From positions 114,892 through 178,891 of the forward strand of contig JAXLYJ010000005.1 in NCBI GenBank assembly GCA_046351515.1: DNA of 64,000 bases, read 5' to 3'. The stretch comes from Polyangiales bacterium (lineage in GTDB: Bacteria > Myxococcota_A > Polyangia > Polyangiales > Ga0077539). The translations under genes were made by a program, and so were the position numbers. Positions 43,176-53,370 of this stretch are shown piece by piece; position 1 is the first letter of the stretch, and each line of letters opens with the position of its first letter. The notes under the pieces were generated by a model. That model worked only from the letters and a program-made list of their open reading frames with translations, ran no database searches and had not been told where the DNA came from.

Positions 43176-46100
43176 TCAGGGCTCGATTCGCGACCGCGTC
43201 CAATGCGCTCGCCCGCGGTCGAGCGCCGCCGCCAGCAGCCCGTTGCCCTCGGTGATCGCCGCGCGCAACGCGCGCTCTCGCCGGTCCAACGCGTCCGCAG
43301 CGCGTCCGAGCGCCTCGGCGATCGCTCCGTCGAGCGCCAACGCCATCGACTCGAAGCGCCTCGGACAGCGCTCGGCCCACACATGCATCCGCGCCGCCGT
43401 CGCGAGCACCGAGGCCATCGTCGACGCACGAGAGAGCCCGTGCTCTCCGCTCGCGCGCGCGTCGAGCATCGCTTGCAACCACCGTCGAACGATCGCGCTC
43501 ACCATGCTCTCGTTCGCCACGCCCTCGTCGCCCGTCACCGTCGCGCGCGCGTCGTGCTCTCGCCCTTGCTCGAACAACAACAGCGCGCGCGCCGTTCGAG
43601 GAAGCGCCGAGAGCGCCTCTTCTCCGCCGCCGTGCACGAGCGCCCGCATCGGAGCCGCCCAACGAGACGCGTCCGCCAACCCTCGCTGCACGAGCACCGG
43701 CCACAGCCTCGCGATCAACGCCCGCATGCTGTGCTCGTCGACGCCGCGAAGAAACGCGCTCTCGACCAGGGCGTCCGAGCACGCCACGATCCACGGCCGC
43801 TGATCGAGCATCGTCGCGCTCGTCAACGCTCGCTCGAGCAGCGCCTCGCACTCGCTCGCGCTCGCCGCGCTCGAGAGGCACCGCTGCGCCACGACGAAGA
43901 GCACCGAGGTTCGCTCTGCGGTCGGCGTCGTCGCGTCGAGCGCAGCGAGCGCCGCGCGCCCCCACTCGTCAGGGTGAACCACGCCCATGAAATCAACTTG
44001 CGCCAGCGCCGCGCCCAAGATCGCGTACAGCGCCGCGCGCGACCCGTCCGGCGCGTCGTTGGACCGAAGAAGCCCCGTCGCGGCGAGCCCCGCGGCCACG
44101 AGCGGCTCGCGGTGCAGCGCCCCTCGCGCCACCGCGATCAGCATTCGAAGCTCGTCCGCTCGCATCGCCCGCGGTAGCCCGAGCGGGCCGCGCCCGATCG
44201 AGACCTGCGCCGCCAGCGCCGCGACCGCTGCGTGCCCGAAGTCCATCGGAACGTCCGTCGTCCGCTGCGCGAGGGCGAGCGCGCCCCGAACGTCTCCGTC
44301 CTCGACGAGCGTCTCAGCGAGGATCGCCCGCGCTTCGCCGGCCGTGCTCTCTTCGCCGCTGTCCGCCGCTCGCTGCAGCGCGTGTCGCGCTTGCTCTCGA
44401 TCGCCCGCGCGCAGCAACGCCTTGGCCGCGAGCAGCCACTGCTCGGCCGCGCGCGCGTCCGCTCCGGCTCGAGCCCAGTGCATCGCGAGCTCTTGGTGCT
44501 CGTGGCGCCCCGCCGCCTCCAGCGCGAGCGCGATGCGCTCGTGAGCGAGCGCCTTCGCTTCGGCGGGCATCGTGCGGAGCAGCCCGTCGCGCACGCGCTC
44601 GTGAAACGGCTCGACCACGTCGTCGAGCGTCGGGCCCGAGGTGCGCGCGAGCAGCGCCTTGCAGAGCACGGTCATCGCGTCCGGCGCGATTTGCTGGCCG
44701 AACGCCGCGTCGAACGCGACGCGCACCCGCAGCGGCTGTCCCGCAACACAGATCACGTCGAGCAGCGTGCGCTCTTTCTCGGTGAGCGACTCGGCGCGGG
44801 CGCGGATCAACGCGTCCAAGCTCTGGCTCCGCGCGATCACGCCGAGCGATGCGTGCGACTCGACGAGCAGCTCGAGCAACCAGGGGCTGCCGGTGCTCCA
44901 GTCGACGATGCGCTCGATCCAGAGCTCGTCGTCGGCCGCCGAGCCCGCGCGCGCCACGAGCGCTTTGGCCAGCGCCCGCGCGTCGCTCGGGCTCATCGCG
45001 CCGACGTCGATCGTCGACTTCGAGAGCGCCGCGTGCACGTCTCGCTGTCGCGCGAGCTCGACGAGCGCCGCGCTCTCGGCCTCGAGGTCCGTGCGCGAGA
45101 CCACGATCACCATCGCGCGCGCCGAGGGCTCGTCCCACAGCGTCGAGAGCATGCGCATCCCGTCGGCGTCGCCCCACTGCGCGTCGTCCACGACGAGCAA
45201 GCACGGACGCGCCGCGCTCAAGCGAAGCAGCAACGCGCGAAACGCTTGTTCTGCCTCGCGGTTGCGCTCGTCGATCGCGACGGGCGAGGGGTTTGTGCGA
45301 GCGACGCGCGCGACGATCGCTGATCGAGCCAGCACAGGGAAGAGCGCGCTCAGAGCGCCGATCGTGCTCGGGATCATCGGCTCGAGCTCTTCGCCGCGCA
45401 GCGTGAGCAGGTGCTTCACGAGCGCGTCGATCACTCCGTCCACGGTCTTGTACGGAACGGTCTCGTGCTCGAAGCACCGCCCGCGCAGCACGATCGCGCG
45501 CGCGGCGTCGACGCGGGTTCGGATGAAGTGGTCGACGAGGGCGGTCTTTCCCTCGCCGGTCGCGCCGCGCACGACGCACAGGGCGCTGCGTCCTTCGCCC
45601 GTCGCGCGCCAGCACGCCGAGAGCTCTTCGATGAACGCCGCGCGACCGACGAACGGCTTTCTCGCGCGATCATCGGGGTCGACCGCCACCATCTCGACGC
45701 TCTTCGCCTTGCGAAGGCCGTCGATGATCGCCGCTGCCGGCGGACGAAGCGTCGGCTGAAGTTGCAGCAACGCCACGCACAGCGCGTCGAGGTCCGCTGG
45801 CATCGACGCGTTGATCAAGCGCGGCGCGAGCGGGACGGTGTTCACTTTGTTCGCGAGGATCTTCGAAGGAGCGCCCTCGTGGGGCAGTCGTCCGGTCGCG
45901 ACTTGATAGAGCATGACGCCGACCGCGTACCAGTCGCACGCCGCGGTGAGCGGCTCGCCGGTGACTTGCTCGGGGGCCATGTACGGGACCGTTCCCGTGA
46001 CGATCTCGTCCGAGAGGTTGGCGCGCGCGGCGTCGAAGCGAATCGCGTTGTCGAAGTGAGCGGGGTCGATCGGCGCGAGCTCGTCGGTGCGCTCGAGCTC

Positions 46101-46745
46101 GGCGACGAGCCCGAAGTCGAGCACGACGACGCTTCCATCGGGGCGCACGAGCACGTTGGAAGGCTTGAGGTCTCGGTGCAGTCGATTCGCGTCGTGCAGC
46201 GCGCGCACCGCGGACGCGAGCTGCGCGAAGGTCCTTCGCACTCTGCGCCAGTCCACCTGCGACCAGTCGAACATGTCCGTCACGGACGACGGCCGCGCGA
46301 CGGCGCCTTGCGCTCCCACGCGGTGATTCGCGGTCACGGCTTCCACCGCGGGATCGCTCTCGGTCTTCGCCTCGAGGTCCGCGTTGGTCATCACGACGTC
46401 GAGCGCGACGCCGCTCGCGACCTTCGAGGGCGGACGAAGATAGCGCGCGAGGTCCGTGCCCTCGACGAGCTGCATCGTGAAGAACCACTGATCGCCGGTC
46501 GAGACGAGCTCGTACAGCGGAACGAGGTTGGGATGAACGATGTCCGCGAGCGCGCGAAACTCACGCTTGAAGCGAAAGATCGCCGTCGGATCGGGCTGCG
46601 TGATGCTCTTGAGGGCGACCGTGGTTCCGCGCTCGCAGTCGAGCGCCTCGTACACGATCCCCATCCCCCCTTCGCCAATGCGTCGCACGATCTCGAAGCG
46701 ACCCGCGAGCAGCGAACCGTTTGGATAAACAGGCGGTGGAGACAC
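43176..46745 (-). CDS. Ser/Thr protein kinase fused to AAA/STAND ATPase and TPR-like regulatory region
   Basis: Kinase motifs GEGGMGIVYEA, VALK, HRDLKPSNVLV, DFG, APE. Walker A GATGEGKT about 370 aa in. Long helical C-terminus. 1189 aa. Confidence 0.85.
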   Translation of the reverse strand: MSPPPVYPNGSLLAGRFEIVRRIGEGGMGIVYEALDCERGTTVALKSITQPDPTAIFRFKREFRALADIVHPNLVPLYELVSTGDQWFFTMQLVEGTDLARYLRPPSKVASGVALDVVMTNADLEAKTESDPAVEAVTANHRVGAQGAVARPSSVTDMFDWSQVDWRRVRRTFAQLASAVRALHDANRLHRDLKPSNVLVRPDGSVVVLDFGLVAELERTDELAPIDPAHFDNAIRFDAARANLSDEIVTGTVPYMAPEQVTGEPLTAACDWYAVGVMLYQVATGRLPHEGAPSKILANKVNTVPLAPRLINASMPADLDALCVALLQLQPTLRPPAAAIIDGLRKAKSVEMVAVDPDDRARKPFVGRAAFIEELSACWRATGEGRSALCVVRGATGEGKTALVDHFIRTRVDAARAIVLRGRCFEHETVPYKTVDGVIDALVKHLLTLRGEELEPMIPSTIGALSALFPVLARSAIVARVARTNPSPVAIDERNREAEQAFRALLLRLSAARPCLLVVDDAQWGDADGMRMLSTLWDEPSARAMVIVVSRTDLEAESAALVELARQRDVHAALSKSTIDVGAMSPSDARALAKALVARAGSAADDELWIERIVDWSTGSPWLLELLVESHASLGVIARSQSLDALIRARAESLTEKERTLLDVICVAGQPLRVRVAFDAAFGQQIAPDAMTVLCKALLARTSGPTLDDVVEPFHERVRDGLLRTMPAEAKALAHERIALALEAAGRHEHQELAMHWARAGADARAAEQWLLAAKALLRAGDREQARHALQRAADSGEESTAGEARAILAETLVEDGDVRGALALAQRTTDVPMDFGHAAVAALAAQVSIGRGPLGLPRAMRADELRMLIAVARGALHREPLVAAGLAATGLLRSNDAPDGSRAALYAILGAALAQVDFMGVVHPDEWGRAALAALDATTPTAERTSVLFVVAQRCLSSAASASECEALLERALTSATMLDQRPWIVACSDALVESAFLRGVDEHSMRALIARLWPVLVQRGLADASRWAAPMRALVHGGGEEALSALPRTARALLLFEQGREHDARATVTGDEGVANESMVSAIVRRWLQAMLDARASGEHGLSRASTMASVLATAARMHVWAERCPRRFESMALALDGAIAEALGRAADALDRRERALRAAITEGNGLLAAALDRGRAHWTRSRIEP

Positions 46746-46817
46746 GTAAGAACTCGGTGGTTCTATACCGCCTCGCCGCGCTTCACGCTCGTCGCGATCG
46801 CGCGTTCGCCTGCAGAT

Positions 46818-48197
46818 TCACTCTGCAACGATGCGAAACTCGACGCGCCGATTCTGCGCGCGCGCGTCGCGGAGTGCGCGTCCGCGAATGCCGTCCACCG
46901 GTCGCAGCGGTCGCGTCTCGCCGAAGCCCTGCGCGCGAAGGCGCGAGGCCTCCACGCCGTGCGCGTGGATGTACTCCACGACGCTCCACGCGCGGCGCTG
47001 CGAGAGGTTCTGGTTGCGCTCGTCGTTGCCGACGTCGTCGGTGTGTCCCTCGACGCTCACGCGACGGATCTCGGGCGACGCGCGAATCGCGTCCACCACT
47101 GCGTCGAGGACTGGAAAGCTCCTGCGCAAAATCGTGTCGCGGTTGGTGGCGAAGTACACGGGCGCGAGGATCTGGATCATCCCGTTCTGCACGCGAACGA
47201 GCCCAGGGCAGCCGTTGCGATTGGGGTCGGGGCTCGGAGAGCCAGGCTGATCGGGGCAGTGATCGGTCGCGTCGGGGACCGAGTCGTTGTCGCGATCGGC
47301 GATCGGGCACCCAGGCCGCGCGGGGTCCGGGCGCTCTCCTTGCGGAACGTCCCTGCACTGGTCCTGCGCGTTGAGCACGGTGTCGCTGTCCGCGTCGCCG
47401 TCGGGGCATCCGCGACGCGCGGGATCGGGGTGCTCGCCCTGCGGCTCGTTCACGCACTGGTCGTCGGGATCGAGCACGCCGTCGCGATCGGCGTCGCCGA
47501 TGGGGCATCCGCGACGCGCGGGATCGGGCCGCGCGCCTTGCGGAACCGTCGGGCACTGATCATCGGGGTCCATCACCGTGTCGCCGTCGGTGTCCGTCGG
47601 CTGCGTCGGTTGCGGAACCACCGGCGCCGCTTCTGCCGCAGGAACTCTCAGCGAAAACGAGACGCCCGCGCTCCAGTACATCGCGTCCTGCGGGTGCAGG
47701 TTCTGCGGGTCCTGCGTGACGTGATGATAGCGAGCGAACGGGCCGATCCCGAGAAACCGCGCCGCTTGAAACTCGAAGCCGAGCCCCGCGTCCAGGCCGA
47801 ACCGGCGATCGTCGCCGGTGAGAAAGAAGCCGAAGTTGCCATCGACCCAGAGGCGACCGACGCGGCCGATCATGGGCTCGAGTCGCAGCCCTCCTTGCAG
47901 CGCGAGCGTGCGACCCATCTCGAGGTTCGCGCGCGAGCTGAAGAAGAATCCGTTGCTCAGCGAGAGCTGCACCGAGAGCAGGTCGATGATGTTGAACGCG
48001 AGCCGCGCGTTCGCTTGAACGTGCGCCGAGTCGTAGCCGAGCACCGTGCGCTGGTGCTCGGAGATCATCGTTCCTGCGCCGAGCTCGCCGCGCAGGGCGA
48101 AGCGTTGAAGCACTTGCGCGTGCGCGCTGTGCGCAGAGAAGACAGCAGCCAGGAGCACCGGCGCTGCGACAGAGGCCTTGCGAATGGAAGAAGACAT
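46818..48197 (-). CDS. OmpA-family outer membrane protein with thrombospondin type-3 (TSP3) Ca-binding repeats
   Basis: Signal peptide. Beta-barrel-like N-terminus. Repeated DxDxDGxxDxxDxCP motifs. C-terminal OmpA domain (FATNRDTI...NQNLSQRRA). Confidence 0.85.
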   Translation of the reverse strand: MSSSIRKASVAAPVLLAAVFSAHSAHAQVLQRFALRGELGAGTMISEHQRTVLGYDSAHVQANARLAFNIIDLLSVQLSLSNGFFFSSRANLEMGRTLALQGGLRLEPMIGRVGRLWVDGNFGFFLTGDDRRFGLDAGLGFEFQAARFLGIGPFARYHHVTQDPQNLHPQDAMYWSAGVSFSLRVPAAEAAPVVPQPTQPTDTDGDTVMDPDDQCPTVPQGARPDPARRGCPIGDADRDGVLDPDDQCVNEPQGEHPDPARRGCPDGDADSDTVLNAQDQCRDVPQGERPDPARPGCPIADRDNDSVPDATDHCPDQPGSPSPDPNRNGCPGLVRVQNGMIQILAPVYFATNRDTILRRSFPVLDAVVDAIRASPEIRRVSVEGHTDDVGNDERNQNLSQRRAWSVVEYIHAHGVEASRLRAQGFGETRPLRPVDGIRGRALRDARAQNRRVEFRIVAE

Positions 48198-48218
48198 CAG
48201 TGACTCACCGCGCTCGGA

Positions 48219-50630
48219 TCAGAAAGTGAACGTGCCGAGGTACGACGGCGACGATGTGGTGCACGTTTGATTTCCGGTGCTCGCGGTGTACGTCCGCGTG
48301 AACGTGCGGACCGTGCTGGCGCCGCGCACGACGTTGACCGTCACCGTGTTGCTCCCGGTGATCGAGTACGGAACCGCGCACACCAGATACGGACCCGACG
48401 CCGCTCCCGTGGACCAGAACACGTTCTCGGGGCCCGTTCCCGTCGTGTCGTCGCGGTCCAGCGTCCCGCCGCACGCCGTGCGATTCGAGTAGTAGATCTC
48501 CGTCCCGCACGGCGGAACAATGTGCAAATCGACGTCCCCCGCGGTCGTCCACGTCGCCGTGAACCGCAGCTGTCCCGTCCCGATGCACGCGCCCATCACG
48601 CACGTTTGATCCACGGCGCACGTGCGCCCGCACGCGCCGCAGTTGCGCACGTCGTTCTGCGAGTCCACGCACGTCGTGCCGCACAGGATCTGCCCCGCAG
48701 GGCACTGGCACACGCCCGTCACGCACGACTGTCCTGCCAGGCACGCGCGTCCGCACGCGCCGCAGTTGCGCACGTCCGTCGCCGTCGTCGTGCACACGCC
48801 CGCGCAGAGCGACTGCCCCGCGGGGCACTGGCACGTCCCGCCGACGCACGACTGTCCGCCAGAGCAAACGTTGCCGCACATCCCGCAGTTCGAGTTGTTG
48901 CTCGCGAGCGTCACTTCGCAGCCGTTAGCCACGTTGCGATCGCAGTCCGCGAAGCCCGCGTTGCACGCGCCGATCCCGCACATCCCCACGGAGCAGCCCG
49001 AGCTCGCGTTGGGCAACGACGCGCACACGCGCCCGCACGCGCCGCAGTTGCGCGGGTCGTTCGCGATGTTGGTCTCACACCCGTCCGCGGGGTTCATGTT
49101 GCAGTCCGCGAAGCCCGCGTTGCACGCGCCGATGCCGCAGGTGCCGCCCATGCATCCCGCGGTCGCGTTCGCCGGACGCGCGCACGGAGCGTTGCACGCG
49201 CCGCAGTGATTCACGTTGGTGTCCGTGTTGACCTCGCACCCGTCCGCGGAGTTCATGTTGCAGTCCGCCAGCGGCCTCGCGCACATGCCCACGCCGCACA
49301 CGCCCATGTTGCACGCCGCGCCTCCGCCCGGCGGAACAGGGCAAGAGTTTCCGCAGCGCCCGCAGTGATCGATGTCCGTGTTGATGTTGGTCTCGCACCC
49401 GTTCAGCGGGTTTCCGTCGCAGTCCGAGAAGCCCGGATTGCAGCGCACCAATCGACACGCGCCCGAAGTGCAGTCGCTCGTCGCGTTGGCCAGGTTGCAC
49501 AGCCGTCCGCACGCGCCGCAGTGATTGACGCTCGTGCGCGTGTCGACCTCGCAGCCGTCCGCCGCGTTCATGTTGCAGTCCGCGAAGCCCGCGTTGCACG
49601 CGCCGATGCCGCACGTCCCGTTGCTGCAACCCGGCGTGCTGTTCGCGAGGATGCCGCACACGCGCGAGCAGCCGCCGCAGTTGTTGACGTCGCTGCGCGT
49701 GTTGACCTCGCAGCCGTTCGCGTCGTTGTTGTCGCAGTTGGCGAAGCCCATGTTGCACGCGGCGACGTTGCACACGCCCATCGCGCAGCCCGCCGTTCCG
49801 TTGGCGACCATGCACACGTTGCCGCAGCGACCGCAGCTGCTCACGGTGTTGCGAACGTCGACCTCGCACCCGTCGTTCGCGTTCATGTTGCAGTCGGCGA
49901 ACCCGTCGTTGCAGCGAAAGCCGCAGGCGCCATCGGCGCACGTCGCCGTCGCGTTCGCGGGCGCCGAGCAGGGGTTTCCGCAGCGACCGCAGTGGTTCAC
50001 GGACGACTGGGTGTCCGTCTCGCAGCCGTTCATCGCGTTGCTGTCGCAGTCACCGAAGCTGCCCGAGCACCGCCCGACCGCGCATCGGCCCATCGTGCAC
50101 GTGGGCTCGGCGTTGGGGACGTTGCACGCCATTCCGCAGCCGCCGCAGTTGGCTGGATTGGTGTTCGTGTCGATGCACGCGTCGGTGCAGCACATCTGCC
50201 CCATCGGGCACGGCTGCGTCGGAGAGCAGCCCGTCACGCAGCGATTGCCTCGACACAGATTGCCCGCGGGACAGTGCATGTCCGTCACGCAGACCACGCA
50301 CGTGTGCGTCATCAAGTTGCAGCGCGGCGTGTCTCCCGAGCACGCTTCGTCCCGCGAACATCCCGGCGCGCACTGCCCCGTGCGCGTGTCGCAGAACTGA
50401 TCGGCGCGGCACTGCATGTCCGACGTGCAGCCGGGGCGCGCGTCGGGCGGCATCGTCACGTCCGCTGCGTCCATGGACATCGTCGAGTCCATGTTGGACC
50501 CGCCGTCGTCTTCGATCGGGCCCCCGAGGACCGAGCGACCGACGGTGCAGCCAGTGGCAGTCGAGAGCAAAGCAACCGCGCATGCAGCGAACGCCGCGCT
50601 GCGCATTCGAATCAAGGGTCGAGGCATCAT
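48219..50630 (-). CDS. lipoprotein composed of about 10 Myxococcus-type cysteine-rich repeats
   Basis: Lipobox LSTATGC. Repeated roughly 43 aa module N-x-C-G-x-C-G-x-x-C-...-C-x-x-G-x-C-...-C-N-x-G-F-A-D-C-N-x-N-x-x-D-G-C-E. 803 aa. Confidence 0.8.
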   Translation of the reverse strand: MMPRPLIRMRSAAFAACAVALLSTATGCTVGRSVLGGPIEDDGGSNMDSTMSMDAADVTMPPDARPGCTSDMQCRADQFCDTRTGQCAPGCSRDEACSGDTPRCNLMTHTCVVCVTDMHCPAGNLCRGNRCVTGCSPTQPCPMGQMCCTDACIDTNTNPANCGGCGMACNVPNAEPTCTMGRCAVGRCSGSFGDCDSNAMNGCETDTQSSVNHCGRCGNPCSAPANATATCADGACGFRCNDGFADCNMNANDGCEVDVRNTVSSCGRCGNVCMVANGTAGCAMGVCNVAACNMGFANCDNNDANGCEVNTRSDVNNCGGCSRVCGILANSTPGCSNGTCGIGACNAGFADCNMNAADGCEVDTRTSVNHCGACGRLCNLANATSDCTSGACRLVRCNPGFSDCDGNPLNGCETNINTDIDHCGRCGNSCPVPPGGGAACNMGVCGVGMCARPLADCNMNSADGCEVNTDTNVNHCGACNAPCARPANATAGCMGGTCGIGACNAGFADCNMNPADGCETNIANDPRNCGACGRVCASLPNASSGCSVGMCGIGACNAGFADCDRNVANGCEVTLASNNSNCGMCGNVCSGGQSCVGGTCQCPAGQSLCAGVCTTTATDVRNCGACGRACLAGQSCVTGVCQCPAGQILCGTTCVDSQNDVRNCGACGRTCAVDQTCVMGACIGTGQLRFTATWTTAGDVDLHIVPPCGTEIYYSNRTACGGTLDRDDTTGTGPENVFWSTGAASGPYLVCAVPYSITGSNTVTVNVVRGASTVRTFTRTYTASTGNQTCTTSSPSYLGTFTF

Positions 50631-50643
50631 CGCGTGACGATTG

Positions 50644-52581
50644 TCACACGCGAAGAATCAACTCGGCTAGCGCGCCCTGAAACGGCGGAACGTCACGACA
50701 CACGCCTCCGGTGCACAACCGCCCGCCCGCTGTCATCCCGCCGAACACCCGCAGCACGTTGCCCGGCGTGAACATCCAGCGCACTTCGCCGCCCGGAAAC
50801 ACGGTCGGCGGCGCCGTTCCGTCCGTCGGCTGCCCGTTCAAGAACTTGCCGGCGTTGGTCGTGTCGACGCGAAATAGACCGGAAATTTGCAGGCGATCTT
50901 GATACGAGTAGCTCGCCACCACGCCGCCACGAAAGAACGTGTAGTACCCCGCGCGCGTCCCCATGTCGTCGATGAGAAAGTCGTCCCATCGAGTCTCGAT
51001 GCGGCCGTCGACCTTCACGTCGAGCGCGTGGTTGGGCGCGAGCGGAAACGCCACGTCGATGTCCGCGTGCGCGATGTGCCAGTCCGGCGCGTACGCGTCG
51101 CGGCATCCATCCCGCACGTTTCCTGTGCGACAGCCGGGGCCGCGGCGGTTTCCGATGAACTCCATGCGATAGCCAGCGTTGGCGACGAGCAGCCACGACG
51201 AGCCCGCCGGGCGCGCCGCGCTCGCCCCAGCCGTGCCGACGGTGGTGGGCGTAGCGTAGTCCGCTCCGTCGACGTTGCGTCGAAGCGTGAGGTATCCGTG
51301 CGCGACGCCGAAGCCCGACGGATCCCAAGGATCCGGTCCGTTGCTCTCGGTGAAGCCCGAGCCGACGAGCGTGAGTCCGCCGACCCACGGGCTCGGTCGA
51401 AACGCGTACTCCAAACGCGCGAGCGCGCCGCGCGTGTTCGAGTTCGAGCGAAACTGCACGTCTTCGCGCTCGAGCGGCGGAGCGTTGTTGTAGATGCGCC
51501 TCAGCGCCGCGCCGCCGCCGTCGGGCGAGAGCAAGAAGTTCACGTAGTCTTTGAACTCGACCTGCGCCGAGAGGTTTCCCACGTTGATCTGCGCGCTGAG
51601 ATAAATCGCGCGACCGAACTGCAGCGGGCTGCGTCGCAGGTCTGCGCGCTGCACGTCGCCGTTGACCGTGCGCGTCGTGTATTCGTTGGTGGTGCGGCGA
51701 AGACCGACGACCTCACCGTAGAGCGAGAGCGCGCCGTCGAGCAGCGAGGGCACGGCCATGCGGTAGCCAAACGTGTCGACGAAGGCTTCGCCTGCCATGC
51801 TCTGCGGGTAGTGCACGCGCGCGGCGGCGAGTCCCGCTTCGACTTCGTTGTTCTCTCCGAGGCGCGCGAGGATGTCGAACGCGCCCATGCGATCGACGCC
51901 GCCGAGAAAATCGGGAGCGGTGCGCGCTGAGGCGTTTCCCAAGGCGATCGCGTCGCCGTAGTCGTGCACCGTGACGAGCGTGAGCGGATCGAGGTTCTGC
52001 GGGTTGAGGTAGCCCATCATTCCGCGGACGGTGAAGCGCTCGAGCTCGGCTTGCACGTTGGCGCCGCGCACGGTGGTGTCGGTCCCGAGCGGGTCGACCT
52101 TGCGCAGCGAGAGCACGAGCCCGCGGCCGATGGCTGCGTAGAAGTCGCCGATGTCGAAGCTGACGGTGTCGCCCGTGTACGACAGCGCGACGCGCTCGAG
52201 GCGCACGTCCCAGTGCAGCTGCCCCGTGCACGTGGGCATCGCCATCGCGCCCGTGTAGCAAAAGGTCGGCGCGAGCGTGGCGCCCATCGCGTTGCGCGGC
52301 GCGAGCAGCCCCGGAAGAAACGCGTCGAGCCGCACCTGCAAGCGCCACGGAGGCGCGGTGAACTGCGAGTCGAATCGCTCGGTAAACGACAGGAGATTGT
52401 CGTCCTCGGTGTTCGCGTCGAAGTTCGAGCGTCGCCAGGTGAGCAGGCTCGTGTTGGTGAACGTGAACGACGTCGGGCCGAGGCCCGGCAGTCGAAAGTT
52501 CACTTGTGCGTCCGCGGTGGACGCGACCCCCATGATGGACGCGGCGGACAGAGCAGCGAGCGCGATGCGGCGAAGAGTCAC
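50644..52581 (-). CDS. secreted hypothetical protein (possible outer-membrane beta-barrel)
   Basis: Signal peptide MTLRRIALAALSAASIMGVASTADAQ. 645 aa, beta-rich composition, C-terminal aromatic residues. Confidence 0.55.
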   Translation of the reverse strand: MTLRRIALAALSAASIMGVASTADAQVNFRLPGLGPTSFTFTNTSLLTWRRSNFDANTEDDNLLSFTERFDSQFTAPPWRLQVRLDAFLPGLLAPRNAMGATLAPTFCYTGAMAMPTCTGQLHWDVRLERVALSYTGDTVSFDIGDFYAAIGRGLVLSLRKVDPLGTDTTVRGANVQAELERFTVRGMMGYLNPQNLDPLTLVTVHDYGDAIALGNASARTAPDFLGGVDRMGAFDILARLGENNEVEAGLAAARVHYPQSMAGEAFVDTFGYRMAVPSLLDGALSLYGEVVGLRRTTNEYTTRTVNGDVQRADLRRSPLQFGRAIYLSAQINVGNLSAQVEFKDYVNFLLSPDGGGAALRRIYNNAPPLEREDVQFRSNSNTRGALARLEYAFRPSPWVGGLTLVGSGFTESNGPDPWDPSGFGVAHGYLTLRRNVDGADYATPTTVGTAGASAARPAGSSWLLVANAGYRMEFIGNRRGPGCRTGNVRDGCRDAYAPDWHIAHADIDVAFPLAPNHALDVKVDGRIETRWDDFLIDDMGTRAGYYTFFRGGVVASYSYQDRLQISGLFRVDTTNAGKFLNGQPTDGTAPPTVFPGGEVRWMFTPGNVLRVFGGMTAGGRLCTGGVCRDVPPFQGALAELILRV

Positions 52582-52621
52582 GGCAGGAGCGAACCTACCG
52601 CGTTCTTCGCGGCGACTGCAG

Positions 52622-53251
52622 CTACTGCAACAACCCGTCGATCTGGTCCTTGAGCGCCTGCAGACCCTGGCTCGTTCCGTACTCGCGGAACTGAATCACG
52701 CCGTTGCGGTCGACGATCATGTTCGCGGGGAAGGCCATGTTCGGGAAGTACCGCTGCGTGAGGCCCATCGGGTCGTAGACCATGTGGCTCTCGAGCGAGT
52801 AGCGGTTCTTCCACTGCATGCACTCCGCAGCGGTGGGCGCCACGCGGCTGACGTTCTGCCCGTAGACGGTCACGACGCGCACGCGGCCCTGGTAGCGCGC
52901 GATGATCTCGTCTTGCATCTGCGCCGCTTCCATCTGGCACGGGACGCACCAGCCAGCAGAGATCACCACGAGCGTGAGCTGGTTCGAGCAGTACGCCGTC
53001 TCGTAGAAGTTGAAGTTGCCCGAGCCGTCGCAGTACGGCAGCTGCAGCGACGCGAACTGGCAGCCCTGCATCGTGCACTCGTTGGTGAGCCGCGGCGGGG
53101 TGCACGCGGGCGTCGAGCTATCGGCGTTGCTCGAGGCGTCGGGGGTCATCGACGAGGCGTCGTCCTGCGGCTGAACCGCGGGCGGCGCGCAACCAACACC
53201 GACGGCAGCGCTGAGCGCGGCGCCGGCGAACATCAAACGGAGGGTCTTCAT
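52622..53251 (-). CDS. thioredoxin-fold lipoprotein (TlpA/peroxiredoxin-like, CxxC)
   Basis: Signal/lipobox MKTLRLMFAGAALSAAVGVGC. WCVPC active site. About 209 aa. Confidence 0.7.
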   Translation of the reverse strand: MKTLRLMFAGAALSAAVGVGCAPPAVQPQDDASSMTPDASSNADSSTPACTPPRLTNECTMQGCQFASLQLPYCDGSGNFNFYETAYCSNQLTLVVISAGWCVPCQMEAAQMQDEIIARYQGRVRVVTVYGQNVSRVAPTAAECMQWKNRYSLESHMVYDPMGLTQRYFPNMAFPANMIVDRNGVIQFREYGTSQGLQALKDQIDGLLQ

Positions 53252-53370
53252 GGGGGGGTGGCGTCCTTCGCAGAGAGGGAGGAGGAGAGTGTACCGCGAC
53301 AAGTGCGGGCGCGATCAATGCCCGCGGTCCATACGTCGGTGTGAAGCGGGTTGATACGGTGGGCGCGAAA

